Source: a virus. From it: a DNA stretch of 64,000 nt. This document shows positions 31,970 through 43,915 of this stretch, one piece after another. Position 1 is the stretch's first letter, and each line of letters opens with the position of its first letter. Position numbers and translations under genes: made by a program. The stretch lies in the IMG/VR virus record IMGVR_UViG_3300009079_000013, one strand, 5' to 3'. The notes beneath the pieces are model-generated. The model made no database searches, was not told the DNA's origin, and worked only from the letters and a program-made list of their open reading frames with translations.

Positions 31970-32806
31970 ATGAACACTACAAAAGAAAATGTAAATACTT
32001 TTAAAAAATTTAAAGACTCTAATTTTAAGTTTAATAAAGAACTACATAAATATACATATCATGATGAATCTACAGGTAAAGTTTTACAAACCTTTAAATC
32101 TGTTTCTGGGTTTGCTGATAATTTTAAAGAACCTTTTAATGGTAGGCTTATTGCTGAAAACCTTTCAACTAGCAATCCTCTTTATGGAAAACCCGTAGAT
32201 GATATACTTGCGATATGGAAAGAAAAAGGAAGAGTAGCAGCTGACTTGGGAACAACTGTTCATGAATGGATAGAAGATTTTTATAAAACAATAACTGATG
32301 ATAATATATTTGCTACAATAGATCACCAAAACCTATTAAAAAATCCAATTGAATTAGAAGACAAAGAAGCTGTGTCAAGGGTAGAAAAATTTAGAACATA
32401 TTACACCGAAAGGTTAACTTCTTTAAAATCAGTTTTTCAAGAAGTCAAGGTTTTTTCTAGAAAATGGGGATATGCAGGAACGATAGACGGTATATTTTCT
32501 ATTGATGGTGAAAGGTTAATAATATGTGATTATAAAACCAATAAAGAGTTTACAACAGATTCTGATTGGAAAGGAAGTAGAAATAGACTATTTGAACCGT
32601 TTAACGATACTTTTGATAATAAGCATAATAATTACTCTATACAGGTCAGTCTATATAGGCTAATAATAGAAGAAGAATGTGGTATAGAGATGCAAGATCC
32701 TTTTCTACTTTGGATACCTCCAAAAGGACCTTGTAAAGCATTTAAAGCAAAAGATTATAGAAATAAAATAAGAACATATTTAAATGATAAAAATTTAGTC
32801 ATATAA
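31970..32806 (+). CDS. PD-(D/E)XK (RecB/Cas4-like) exonuclease
   Basis: GTTVHEWIE, QEVKV, AGTIDG, CDYKT, YSIQVSLY. Confidence 0.85.
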   Translation: MNTTKENVNTFKKFKDSNFKFNKELHKYTYHDESTGKVLQTFKSVSGFADNFKEPFNGRLIAENLSTSNPLYGKPVDDILAIWKEKGRVAADLGTTVHEWIEDFYKTITDDNIFATIDHQNLLKNPIELEDKEAVSRVEKFRTYYTERLTSLKSVFQEVKVFSRKWGYAGTIDGIFSIDGERLIICDYKTNKEFTTDSDWKGSRNRLFEPFNDTFDNKHNNYSIQVSLYRLIIEEECGIEMQDPFLLWIPPKGPCKAFKAKDYRNKIRTYLNDKNLVI

Positions 32807-32809
32807 TAA

Positions 32810-34467
<1,658 letters not shown>

Positions 34468-34490
34468 TACTTTTATTTAGATGCTATATT

Positions 34491-34518
34491 AAAAGACCCT
34501 TTATGGGTCTTTTTTTTT
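34491..34518 (+). terminator. Intrinsic terminator
   Basis: AAAAGACCC-tttat-GGGTCTTTT plus T-run after groEL. Confidence 0.85.
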
Positions 34519-34554
34519 GTTTCAAATAAATAATAAAAAATCAAGTGTTTTTAA

Positions 34555-37500
34555 ATGTCCTGTGAAAATAAAAAAGCAAGTTTAGACGAATTAATTATAG
34601 ATATATCAAAAGATATTGAATTAAATCAAAAAGAATTAGGGTTCGATATATCTAATTTAACCTCAATCGATTCTTTAAAGGGAATTATAGATGAACTTAC
34701 TTCTCAGGATCTATGTAAATCTCCATCTAACCCTGTTTTTTCAATGGAACAACTAAGTGAAGTTGGTTGCGATAAGGATTCTTCTAATGAATTACCTAAT
34801 ATAAACGTAAATTTAGGAGATATAAATACTTCGGCTAATGAAAAATCACATAGCTGTCAGGATGCGTTGAATAAAGCTAATATTATATTAAAAGCAGAAC
34901 AGGAGGAATATTCAGATTTAAACATACTACTTCAAAAGCTTTTAGAATATCAGGACAATTACAAAGTTTTGAATGAATATTACGTTGAAAGGTCTAAAGA
35001 GTCAGCGCGGCTTTTAAATTTATTTCAACCTATATTAAAAGAAATACGTAGATTAGAAAACCTTTATCAAGAAGTATTAGCAGAGAGATCTGATATTTTA
35101 GTTCAGAGGAATTCTGCATCATACTTTTCAGCTGAACGCTCTGCTTTAACAGATACATATAACAAGTTATCTCTTGAATTAAACACTATATCTAACGAGA
35201 AGTCAGAATCTGAAAATGAATTATCGTCAGTGACAAGCCAAGAAGATATTTTTTCAGACACTGGTTTCTCTTCCGCTGTATCATCACTTTTCGATACCGG
35301 AACAAATTACTCTAGTTATTTTTATTATGCAGTTAACAACTTTTTAGACGCAGCTGGCTTTAGTCAAATAAAAAATTCAATAGAGCAATACTCAACATGT
35401 GTAAAAGCAAATTCTAATTTATCATATAATGTAAACACATATATTGAAACACCAATTATAGAATTTTCAATAGATTTCATAGGTATAAATTTTATAAAAT
35501 CTCAAAAGGATTTGTATAATGAAGAAACAGGGAAAAGAACAAATGTTGATTTTAATTTTAAAATCAAGGATAACCCAAGACTTCTTAAAAACGATTATTT
35601 TAATAATACACCCGGTTTAAATATAACAAATGCTAGCTTCGACAAAACGTTTTCTGGAGTACTTTACGAAGAATATTATAATAAATTAAACGATCCTATT
35701 AATAATTTATTTTCTTTAAACGAAAGAGGATTGACTAGTACAGAATCGTTAATAGATACTAATCTTAAAGACAAAACCTTTAATAAAAAGAGAGAGGGTT
35801 CATCGGAGTATTACATACAAGATCAGCAAAAATTAGAGTCTTTCTATGAAAACTTTGAAATAAATTTAGCAAACAAAAAAGAATTAATACGAAATGAAAA
35901 AGTAAAACCTGCATTTTCATTAGTATCATTGAACTTAAAAAAGCTAGCTAGGGTCGATATCAAGCTTTTATTAATGATAGGTGGAGCTAATGTAAACATT
36001 CTAGATGAAAGTAACAATTTAAGCACAATCGTAGAGTCCATATCTGCTTCTCAAGAAGATTTTATAACAAAGATAACTAACTTAGAATCTGAAATATCTA
36101 GGATAAAATTAAGAATGAAAGAAATTAAACCTACATCTGATAGGGTTAAATCATTATTAATAGAATTTGATAGTAATTGTTTTTCTAAAGAAAATCTAGA
36201 AGTGTCCGACTCTTTATTAGAGAAAAAAGCAGAAGATATAAAAGGTAACGATCCCTTTGGAATAGATTCTTTAAATGAAACAGATCCTACTATGCCAACG
36301 TTGTTAGATCTTAAATATTGGTTAGAATTTTCAAAGGTTCTAAATAAAGTAGCACTTTTACCTTTACCTGAAAATCCAACAACTTTAAGATATTGGCCTG
36401 TAGGTTTATTTTTTCCAACTCCAGCTGGTACTCTGATAAAGATTCCGTTACCTATAATCTGGATACCATTAATAGTTATACCTAGTCCCACTGGCGTTAT
36501 AGTGGTTTTCTTAACTATAAATGGTATCTTTATAAGTCCTATTATGTTTACTATAAATGCAACCGGGACTAAACAACATTTACTTACTGTTAGAGGTCCG
36601 AGTAAGCAATTTGGTTACTCCGGAGATTCAATTAGTGATTTGCTTAAAATTCCTTTAAATATAGTAGCTGCTAAAAAATCGGTTTTAAATAAAGGATTGC
36701 TTTCTAAATTACCAGAAAACGAAAAAGAAGAATACGAAATAAAACTAGAAGCTTTAGAAAAAAAATTAAGTAAAGCAAAACCTGAGTCTTACAAGTATAA
36801 ACGAATACAGATTAAAATATCTGATCTAAAAGAATCTGTTTCTGGAAAATCAGAAGACGAAAAAACAGTAGAAGCATTAGATAAAAAAGAGTCTGCTGAA
36901 GACGCTATAAACAAAGCTAAAGATTCTATAAAAGATAAAATGAATCAGTTAGGAGAACCTGAGTTTTTAAATAGTTTAAATATTCAAAACGAAATAGAAA
37001 ACATAAGGTTACAAAAACGCAAAGAAATAGACGAGGTATACAAATCGGACCTTTCTCCTAAAGAAAAAAGAAAAAAGCTAAAAACATTAAGAAATGAATT
37101 AAAAAAAGAAGGTATATCTAAAGAGTCAAAAGAGGAAGCTATAAAAAAAGACGTCATGGAATTCTTTGAAAAATTAAAGCTTCCTTCTATTAAAATACCA
37201 GCTGATTCTACTAAACTTAATCCTCCGCCTACACCTTTGTCACAATTAAAGGAATCTACCGAAGAAAGTATAAGTGATTATAAAAATGATCCAACTGCAG
37301 ATAGAAATAGAATAGTGAAAGATATGATGAAGCGGGAACTTCCTAGTATATCAGACTTAATAAACATTAATGATATACCTGTAAATTCAAAAAATAGAAT
37401 AGTCATATCAGATAGTTATTTAAAAATTAAGGATAAACTGAATCAAATAAATGAAGCCATTATCGATACCCTAAAAGGAAGCGTTAATTTAAACACGAAA

Positions 37501-38673
37501 CAGATTGAAACTAAAATAGAAGAACTAAAAAAAGATATTTCTTTAGAAGAAAATAGAACCGCTAAAAGGAAATTAAAAACAAGTCTTAGAAAAGAGGAAT
37601 CTATCTTAAATAATTACAACAAATCTGAGGAATTTAAAAAAGACAACTCTTTAAACAAAGACAAAAGAAAAGAAATATCTGATGTAAAATTTAAATTTAA
37701 CGCGTTTAAACGCTTAGATGAGATGTTACCTACTAAGGTTGATTTTTTACCAAGTAAAAGTGATATATTACCAATAACTCAAGCTGGGTCTTTGCTTAAA
37801 ACTTATATAGATTCTTTAAAATTAAATGACGTTAAATCTATTTTTGGAGGAGCAGATGAAATAACTGTATCATCTATACAAGATGTATATTTTAATATTT
37901 TAAATAAAGAAATTCCTAATGATTTAATAATGAAAAATGAAACCAGTGCTAAAGATATTCTAAAATCTTCATCCGGTGTTCTGTCTTCTATAGCTATTCC
38001 TTCTAAATCTATAAATTTACTTAAACCTTTTACTATGTCTAAAAAGATTCCAATCGATTTAAACATGTTAATGGGACCTCTAAGAAAAAAGATAGAAAAT
38101 GACATGCAAAATTTAAATGGATGTTTGCCGGTAGATATAGATAACAACTTTAGTAATCTTAATCCAACTGATATCAAAGTATATTTGGAAGATAGTATTT
38201 TGTCTAAATTAGATGACTTATTAAGTATCATTTCTCCTATATACGCTATAATATCTTTTCTAAAGTCAACTAAGGGGATAAATTTATCTCAATCTCAAAT
38301 ATCCTCATTTCTAAAACCTCCGTTCGGTTCTTTAGATTTTGCTTTATTTACAGCAGATGCTTTAATTAAAATAAATTCGCCTAACTCTGCGAACATGCCT
38401 TCATTTAATTTAGAAGCTTTGCAAAAAGCAAAAAGTGTTATAGATGAAGTAGTATCTCCCATAATGGATAATCCCGCTAGTTATATAATACCAGCAAGTA
38501 CGGCTAGCATTGGATTGTCTGACACTCTACGAGTATTTCATCCAGTAATGAAAGCAGATGATATTCCACCTTGGGAAAGATTGTCGAGTAGAAACTTTTT
38601 ATTTGTATTATTTCTAGATGAATTTATTTCAGAAGCCGCTAAAAAAGTAGGATTTTTTAGATCATTTATTTAA
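34555..38673 (+). CDS. Large hypothetical protein (coiled coils, Pro-rich hydrophobic core), probably virion-associated
   Basis: 1372 aa; ATAAATA at 34526-34532. Confidence 0.65.
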   Translation: MSCENKKASLDELIIDISKDIELNQKELGFDISNLTSIDSLKGIIDELTSQDLCKSPSNPVFSMEQLSEVGCDKDSSNELPNINVNLGDINTSANEKSHSCQDALNKANIILKAEQEEYSDLNILLQKLLEYQDNYKVLNEYYVERSKESARLLNLFQPILKEIRRLENLYQEVLAERSDILVQRNSASYFSAERSALTDTYNKLSLELNTISNEKSESENELSSVTSQEDIFSDTGFSSAVSSLFDTGTNYSSYFYYAVNNFLDAAGFSQIKNSIEQYSTCVKANSNLSYNVNTYIETPIIEFSIDFIGINFIKSQKDLYNEETGKRTNVDFNFKIKDNPRLLKNDYFNNTPGLNITNASFDKTFSGVLYEEYYNKLNDPINNLFSLNERGLTSTESLIDTNLKDKTFNKKREGSSEYYIQDQQKLESFYENFEINLANKKELIRNEKVKPAFSLVSLNLKKLARVDIKLLLMIGGANVNILDESNNLSTIVESISASQEDFITKITNLESEISRIKLRMKEIKPTSDRVKSLLIEFDSNCFSKENLEVSDSLLEKKAEDIKGNDPFGIDSLNETDPTMPTLLDLKYWLEFSKVLNKVALLPLPENPTTLRYWPVGLFFPTPAGTLIKIPLPIIWIPLIVIPSPTGVIVVFLTINGIFISPIMFTINATGTKQHLLTVRGPSKQFGYSGDSISDLLKIPLNIVAAKKSVLNKGLLSKLPENEKEEYEIKLEALEKKLSKAKPESYKYKRIQIKISDLKESVSGKSEDEKTVEALDKKESAEDAINKAKDSIKDKMNQLGEPEFLNSLNIQNEIENIRLQKRKEIDEVYKSDLSPKEKRKKLKTLRNELKKEGISKESKEEAIKKDVMEFFEKLKLPSIKIPADSTKLNPPPTPLSQLKESTEESISDYKNDPTADRNRIVKDMMKRELPSISDLININDIPVNSKNRIVISDSYLKIKDKLNQINEAIIDTLKGSVNLNTKQIETKIEELKKDISLEENRTAKRKLKTSLRKEESILNNYNKSEEFKKDNSLNKDKRKEISDVKFKFNAFKRLDEMLPTKVDFLPSKSDILPITQAGSLLKTYIDSLKLNDVKSIFGGADEITVSSIQDVYFNILNKEIPNDLIMKNETSAKDILKSSSGVLSSIAIPSKSINLLKPFTMSKKIPIDLNMLMGPLRKKIENDMQNLNGCLPVDIDNNFSNLNPTDIKVYLEDSILSKLDDLLSIISPIYAIISFLKSTKGINLSQSQISSFLKPPFGSLDFALFTADALIKINSPNSANMPSFNLEALQKAKSVIDEVVSPIMDNPASYIIPASTASIGLSDTLRVFHPVMKADDIPPWERLSSRNFLFVLFLDEFISEAAKKVGFFRSFI

Positions 38674-38700
38674 AACTAAAAGTACTTTTTTCAATATAAT
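38673..38700 (+). promoter_or_regulatory. Early/middle promoter motif
   Basis: AAACT-N16-ATATAAT before S1-like gene. Confidence 0.6.
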
Positions 38701-38717
38701 ATTTAAAAATATAAAAT

Positions 38718-39911
38718 ATGCAAAACAGTAGCCGGGAATATGGACAACCATTAGATGATTTTGACTGGGATAATCTATCTAATGACAAATATAATAAGAA
38801 AGTAATTATATCTGAACAAGATCGTAAAGAGAATACTAAGATATTATGTAAAGAGCCATATGCACAGGAATTATATGACATGTATAAGAAATATGAAGAA
38901 AATAGTTCTGTTAATCCTTACGTAAGCAAAGATTTAGAAATAGGCCAATTATATAAAGTAAATGCCAAAAGTATATGCTTGAAAACAGGAGTTATTAAAT
39001 CTATTGAGGAGAACTCCGGTGTTGAGATAAGTATTCCATTAAAAGAATATGGAGGTGACTTAGATGAGCTTAAAAGTGGAATAGGCACAGCTTTTAAAGT
39101 CATGCTCTACAAATCAACTGGGAATTGCGAATATATTGCTTCTGAAAAGAAAAGTAGATCTATTAATTATAGAGATGAACTTATTGCACATTTAGAAAAT
39201 AATACATGGTTCGATGTAACTATAAGAAAACTAATTAAGGGTGGATATATTGCTACCTATAAGAACGAAATAGATTGTTTTATACCAGGATCACAAGCAG
39301 GTGCCAATGTTATAAAAGACTTTTCTATTCTTTTAAACAAGACTATTTCAGTCATGGTAGACAACTATGATAAATCTAATAACTTATTCATCGTTTCTTA
39401 TAAAAAATATATTAAACATAGTTTACCTGAAAAAGTATCTGATTTAAGGTTTGGTAAAATGTATACGGGTAAGTTAACTAACAAACCATATCCTTTTGGA
39501 GTATTCGTTGAATTAGAAAATTACTATACTGGTCTTGTTCATAGCTCAGATTTTGAAAATTACGATGAGGTTTCTAGAAACTTAAGAGCAGGAGATGATA
39601 TAGATGTTTACGTTAAAGGTGTTACTTATAAGAAAAATCAGTATAGAATAGTATTGTCTCTTAAAAAAGAATCTATACCGGATGAACTTATAAAATGGGA
39701 TAATTTAAAAGAAGATTTAGAAGGAAATACATTTGATTTTACTGAACATGAAACAAAGAGAAATACTATTGTAATGTATTATAATGGAGAGTCAGTAGAG
39801 TTACAATTAGGTAAACAGTATAGAGATCTTAAAGTATCTGACTTTTCTAAAGTACTGATTCATCATGTAGATTCTTTAAATAAAGTTATGAATTTTTCAT
39901 TAATTAATTAA
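38718..39911 (+). CDS. rpsA: Ribosomal protein S1-like multi-S1-domain protein
   Basis: IKGGY..CFIPGSQ and GKLTNKPYPFGVFVELE..TGLVHSSD are S1 repeats; N-term DDFDWD recalls Bacteroidota RpsA. Confidence 0.78.
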   Translation: MQNSSREYGQPLDDFDWDNLSNDKYNKKVIISEQDRKENTKILCKEPYAQELYDMYKKYEENSSVNPYVSKDLEIGQLYKVNAKSICLKTGVIKSIEENSGVEISIPLKEYGGDLDELKSGIGTAFKVMLYKSTGNCEYIASEKKSRSINYRDELIAHLENNTWFDVTIRKLIKGGYIATYKNEIDCFIPGSQAGANVIKDFSILLNKTISVMVDNYDKSNNLFIVSYKKYIKHSLPEKVSDLRFGKMYTGKLTNKPYPFGVFVELENYYTGLVHSSDFENYDEVSRNLRAGDDIDVYVKGVTYKKNQYRIVLSLKKESIPDELIKWDNLKEDLEGNTFDFTEHETKRNTIVMYYNGESVELQLGKQYRDLKVSDFSKVLIHHVDSLNKVMNFSLIN

Positions 39912-39966
39912 TAAAAAACATATCCACTTGTTTCGGTTTACTATAATCTTAAATAAATAAATCTGT

Positions 39967-40000
39967 AATGGGCAACCCCTAAAAGGATTGCCCATTTTTA
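39967..40000 (+). terminator. Hairpin with T-run (terminator or nrdB leader attenuator)
   Basis: AATGGGCAA (39967-75) / TTGCCCATT (39988-96) followed by Ts. Confidence 0.7.
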
Positions 40001-40047
40001 AACTGATAGATCTTGCAAAAAGGTTTATATTAAAAATAATTTTACGT

Positions 40048-41007
40048 ATGTATTTAAAAAATTCTGACACTGAGAAAAGATATTCTATATTTCCAATTAA
40101 AAATCAAGATTTATGGGATGCTTATAAAGCCGCTGAAAAACAAACTTGGGTTGCCGAGGAAGTCAATTTAGCTCAAGACGACTATAATTCATTGAGTGAC
40201 GATGAAAAATTCTACTTAAAAAATATACTTGCCTTTTTTACTATATCAGATGGTTTAGTAATAGACAATTTATGTGATAATGTAATAGACAATGTAGAAA
40301 TATCAGAAGCAAAATATTATTATAATCATCAAATGTTCATGGAACAAGTTCATGCTAATGGATATGCTCTACTAATAGATACATACATAGATGATCCTGA
40401 AGAAAAAAACAAGTTGTTTAATTCTATGTTAACTAATGATGCTGTTAGAGACAAAGCGGAATGGGCAGAAAATTGGTTAAATAATGGTTCTTTTGTTGAA
40501 AAATTAATAGCTTTCGCTTGCGTTGAAGGCATTGCTTTTTCTTCAGTTTTCGCTGGAGTATTTTGGTTTAGAAGTAGAAATAAAATGCCAGGGTTAGCTG
40601 AAATGAATGAACTTATATTAAGAGATGAGTCTTTTCATTACGAGTTTGCTTTACAAATGTTTAATAATTACGTAAAAGAAGAACATAAACCTTCTAAAGA
40701 AAGAATTAAAGAAGTTATACTTTCTTGTTTTGAAACTGAAAAAACTTTTGTAGAAAAAAGCTTACCCGATGGACTTCAAGGTATGTCCAAACAAATGATG
40801 ATTGAATATGTTGAATTTGTAACAGATATTGTATTGAATGATTTCATAGGAGAAACAAAATTTAGTACAAAAAATCCTTTAGACTTCATGAAAAAGATAG
40901 GATTGTCTTCAAAAAACAATTTCTTTGAGAGAAGAACGGGCGGAGGATATACTAGAGTAGATATACCTACCAGTAATTTAGGTATATTTGATGACGCAGA
41001 CTTTTAA
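40048..41007 (+). CDS. nrdB: Ribonucleotide reductase class Ia beta subunit
   Basis: WVAEEV, EQVHANGY, VEGIAFS, ILRDESFH, NFFERR; ATG 40048 preferred over TTG 39988, which lies in the hairpin. Confidence 0.95.
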   Translation: MYLKNSDTEKRYSIFPIKNQDLWDAYKAAEKQTWVAEEVNLAQDDYNSLSDDEKFYLKNILAFFTISDGLVIDNLCDNVIDNVEISEAKYYYNHQMFMEQVHANGYALLIDTYIDDPEEKNKLFNSMLTNDAVRDKAEWAENWLNNGSFVEKLIAFACVEGIAFSSVFAGVFWFRSRNKMPGLAEMNELILRDESFHYEFALQMFNNYVKEEHKPSKERIKEVILSCFETEKTFVEKSLPDGLQGMSKQMMIEYVEFVTDIVLNDFIGETKFSTKNPLDFMKKIGLSSKNNFFERRTGGGYTRVDIPTSNLGIFDDADF

Positions 41008-41025
41008 TATAAAAAAAATAGACAG

Positions 41026-43194
41026 ATGAAAATAATAAAAAGAGATGGCTCAAAGCAGTCTTTTATGCCTAATAAAATTTTAAGTAGAATAAAAACCCAA
41101 TCTATAGGGCTTAGTATCAAAGCTGAAAAGTTATTTCAAAGAGTTATTCCACACATAAAAGACGGAATGACAGCAACTGACATTGATGAAATAATAGCCT
41201 TTCAGACTGCTGATTTACAAATAGAACACCCCGACTACGCTATTTTAGGAGGTAGGATATTGATATCTAGACAAGGAAAGCTATTAGAGGTAGAAGAGAA
41301 AGAAATAGATGAAAAATTTGATTCATTTGCCGCTTCTACGTTTCTTACTAAATATTCTCAAAAAGATAACGATAAGAGGCCTATTGAAATACCTTCTATG
41401 ATGTATAATAGAGTTGCTTCTCACTTGTATCCTGATTCATTCAAAGATAGGAGAAAGTTATTAAATGAATTATATGCTAAAAGAGGAAATTTTGCAACTC
41501 CTATTCTTTCTAATTCAGGCGTAGAAGGAAGAAACGGGTTAATTAGTTGCAATCTTACTACTCTCATGGATGATAGTATAGAAGGAATAAATGCCACCTT
41601 AGATAAAATAGCTCATGGATCAAAAGAAGGATCCGGTATAGGTTTTTGTATAGACATGTTAAGGAGTAGTAAGAGCATGGTCAATAGTTTTAAAGGACAT
41701 GCCGGAGGTGTCGTTAGATTCGCAGACATGGTTCAAGCTAAAATGAGATTCTTTAAACAGGGAAATAGATCAGGTAGCTGTGCATTATACTTATCAGTAT
41801 GGCATAGAGATATAATGCCTTTTTTAGAATTAAGATTACCTATAGGAGAAGAACTAAATAGAGCTAGGGATCTTTTTACTGCTATTACTATTGATAACGT
41901 TTTTATGGAAGCTTTAACAAATGGAGGAAAGTACCATTTGTTTTGTCCTAATGATATTAAAAAAGCAGGATTAAAGCCTTTTTATGAAATACATGGAGAA
42001 GAATTTAAAGAAGAATACAATAAAGCAGTTGAATTAGGAATAGGAGAAGAAATTGATCCTAGGAAAATTTGGGATGCAGCTATTAGATCTCAAGTTGAAA
42101 GTGGAACTCCTTATACTTTTTATAAAGACAATGCTAACGTTCGTAATATGCAAAAAAACATAGGTATTGTAAATCAATCTAATCTATGTATCGAAATAAT
42201 GCAAGCAAGTAAGCCTGAATACACACCTCAGTGTACCTTAGCCTCTGTAAATCTAGCTGAACATGATTCTTTAAAGAGTATAGCTAAAACCACTAAAGTA
42301 CTCGTAAGAGCCCTTAATAGGGTCATTGATAAAAATAAATGGTCAGACGAATGGAGTAAAAACGCAGGAGAAGATCAAAGAGCAATAGCAATAGGAGTAG
42401 CTGGTCTTGCTGATTTTTTCGCTAAAAAGAAAATTTCTTTTGAAAGTGAAGATGCTAAAACATGGAATCACGATATATTTGAAACAATGTATAAAGCGGC
42501 TGTTGAAGAGAGTATGTCTATTGCTATTGAAGACGATAATTCTTATCCAGCATGGGAAGGAAGTCCTTATAGTAAAGGTGAAACTTATATAGAAGGATGG
42601 TCCCCTGTGAAAAAAGGTGAACCTATTCCTATGAAAAATTCTTTACTTTTAGGTCTAATGCCCACTGCTTCAAGCGCAATATTATTAGGGGCCTTTGAAT
42701 GTTTTGAACCTATTACATCTAACGTTTTTACTAGAATGGTTGGAGATGGTGAATTTATTGTAGTTAATAAATATTTAGCAAGGGAATTAGATGAATTAGG
42801 CCTATGGAACGATAATATACGAAATAAAATAATAGCTAACGAAGGAAGCGTTCAAGAAATTCAAGAAATTCCAGATGACATTAGATATAGATATAAAACA
42901 GTATGGGAAATACCTCAAAAGGTTCTTTTAGACTTAGCTATTATTAGAAATAAATTTATAGATCAGTCTCAAAGTTTAAACGTATACCATAGGGATGCTA
43001 AATATAGCAAAATATCAAGCGCTTTAGTATATGCTTGGAAAAATGGTCTTAAAACTGGATCGTATTACACAAGAACAGAACCTAAATTAGGTAAAAACAA
43101 GAAATTATCAGCTTCTGAAAATAATTCTACTAAAGCTCCTAAAAGACCTGAAAACTCAATGTTTACTTGCGCTGGAGGTGGATGTGACGCATAA
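41026..43194 (+). CDS. nrdA: Ribonucleotide reductase class Ia alpha subunit
   Basis: ATP-cone MKIIKRDG, ATPILSNSG, ISC, SNLCIEI, MPTASS, GLKTGSYY, C-terminal Cys pair. Confidence 0.96.
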   Translation: MKIIKRDGSKQSFMPNKILSRIKTQSIGLSIKAEKLFQRVIPHIKDGMTATDIDEIIAFQTADLQIEHPDYAILGGRILISRQGKLLEVEEKEIDEKFDSFAASTFLTKYSQKDNDKRPIEIPSMMYNRVASHLYPDSFKDRRKLLNELYAKRGNFATPILSNSGVEGRNGLISCNLTTLMDDSIEGINATLDKIAHGSKEGSGIGFCIDMLRSSKSMVNSFKGHAGGVVRFADMVQAKMRFFKQGNRSGSCALYLSVWHRDIMPFLELRLPIGEELNRARDLFTAITIDNVFMEALTNGGKYHLFCPNDIKKAGLKPFYEIHGEEFKEEYNKAVELGIGEEIDPRKIWDAAIRSQVESGTPYTFYKDNANVRNMQKNIGIVNQSNLCIEIMQASKPEYTPQCTLASVNLAEHDSLKSIAKTTKVLVRALNRVIDKNKWSDEWSKNAGEDQRAIAIGVAGLADFFAKKKISFESEDAKTWNHDIFETMYKAAVEESMSIAIEDDNSYPAWEGSPYSKGETYIEGWSPVKKGEPIPMKNSLLLGLMPTASSAILLGAFECFEPITSNVFTRMVGDGEFIVVNKYLARELDELGLWNDNIRNKIIANEGSVQEIQEIPDDIRYRYKTVWEIPQKVLLDLAIIRNKFIDQSQSLNVYHRDAKYSKISSALVYAWKNGLKTGSYYTRTEPKLGKNKKLSASENNSTKAPKRPENSMFTCAGGGCDA

Positions 43195-43200
43195 TTAAAA

Positions 43201-43281
43201 GTTCTGTGTTAATCACAGACTTTAGGACCGGGATAGTTCCGGAATATTAAAGCAGGGGATTCGCTACTCCTGCTTTTTTTA
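43201..43281 (+). terminator. Three-hairpin element ending in an intrinsic terminator
   Basis: TCTGTG/CACAGA, CCGG/CCGG and AAAGCAGGGG/CTCCTGCTTT stems then T-run. Confidence 0.7.
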
Positions 43282-43363
43282 TTTTACAATAAGATTAGAG
43301 TTTTGTAAACTTACTATTTTGATTTACTTATTCGAATAAATAAATTAAATAAAGATGTAAACC

Positions 43364-43906
43364 GTGGTAAAAAGATACATAAAAGATTTTAATAATTTTA
43401 TACTAATCGAACAAGATATGGGTATGGGCATGGGTATGGAAGAAGACGGACAACAACCCGCTGCTCCAAAACAAAAATTCTACTCTTTCATATTTTTAGA
43501 CGATGGTAAGAAAATATCATCAACAGGACCTTTAGAAAAAAGATATAACTTATATAGAATAAAAGAGACTGAGCTAGACGCTTGGATAGATAAAAGTATA
43601 TCTTCTAAAAAAGAAAGATTATCAGACGCCACTAGTACTGAAATAGATAAAGTAAAACTAGATGTTAAAAACGCTATTATAGGAGAAAGATTTTCAATAT
43701 CAAACATAGACAGATCTTTTTTAAAGAAATTTAAAAACGATGTTAAAGCTGGTTTGATAGACGGTACTGATTCAGTTCAACATTACAAAGATAAGAATAA
43801 TAAAGACGCCTATAACTCTTTAGAAACTATTACTGTAGAATTTGATAAAAACAATATACCAGTAACCACTGAGCTAGAAGTTACATTTATTGAAACAGAA
43901 AAATAA
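43364..43906 (+). CDS. Hypothetical late protein (KRYIKDFNNF N-term)
   Basis: GTG start; ATAAATA at 43336-43342. Confidence 0.65.
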   Translation: MVKRYIKDFNNFILIEQDMGMGMGMEEDGQQPAAPKQKFYSFIFLDDGKKISSTGPLEKRYNLYRIKETELDAWIDKSISSKKERLSDATSTEIDKVKLDVKNAIIGERFSISNIDRSFLKKFKNDVKAGLIDGTDSVQHYKDKNNKDAYNSLETITVEFDKNNIPVTTELEVTFIETEK

Positions 43907-43915
43907 GTAAATTCT

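Noticed and set aside
31970-32806. Cas4-like nuclease as part of a CRISPR-Cas system
   Set aside because: No array or other cas genes; stand-alone PD-(D/E)XK exonucleases are common in phages.
41026-43194. Intein or intron in nrdA (also checked helicase and UvsX)
   Set aside because: Normal lengths, no splice-junction or homing endonuclease motifs.
43413-43440. ATGGGT/ATGGGC repeat
   Set aside because: Encodes a low-complexity MGMGMGM linker only.
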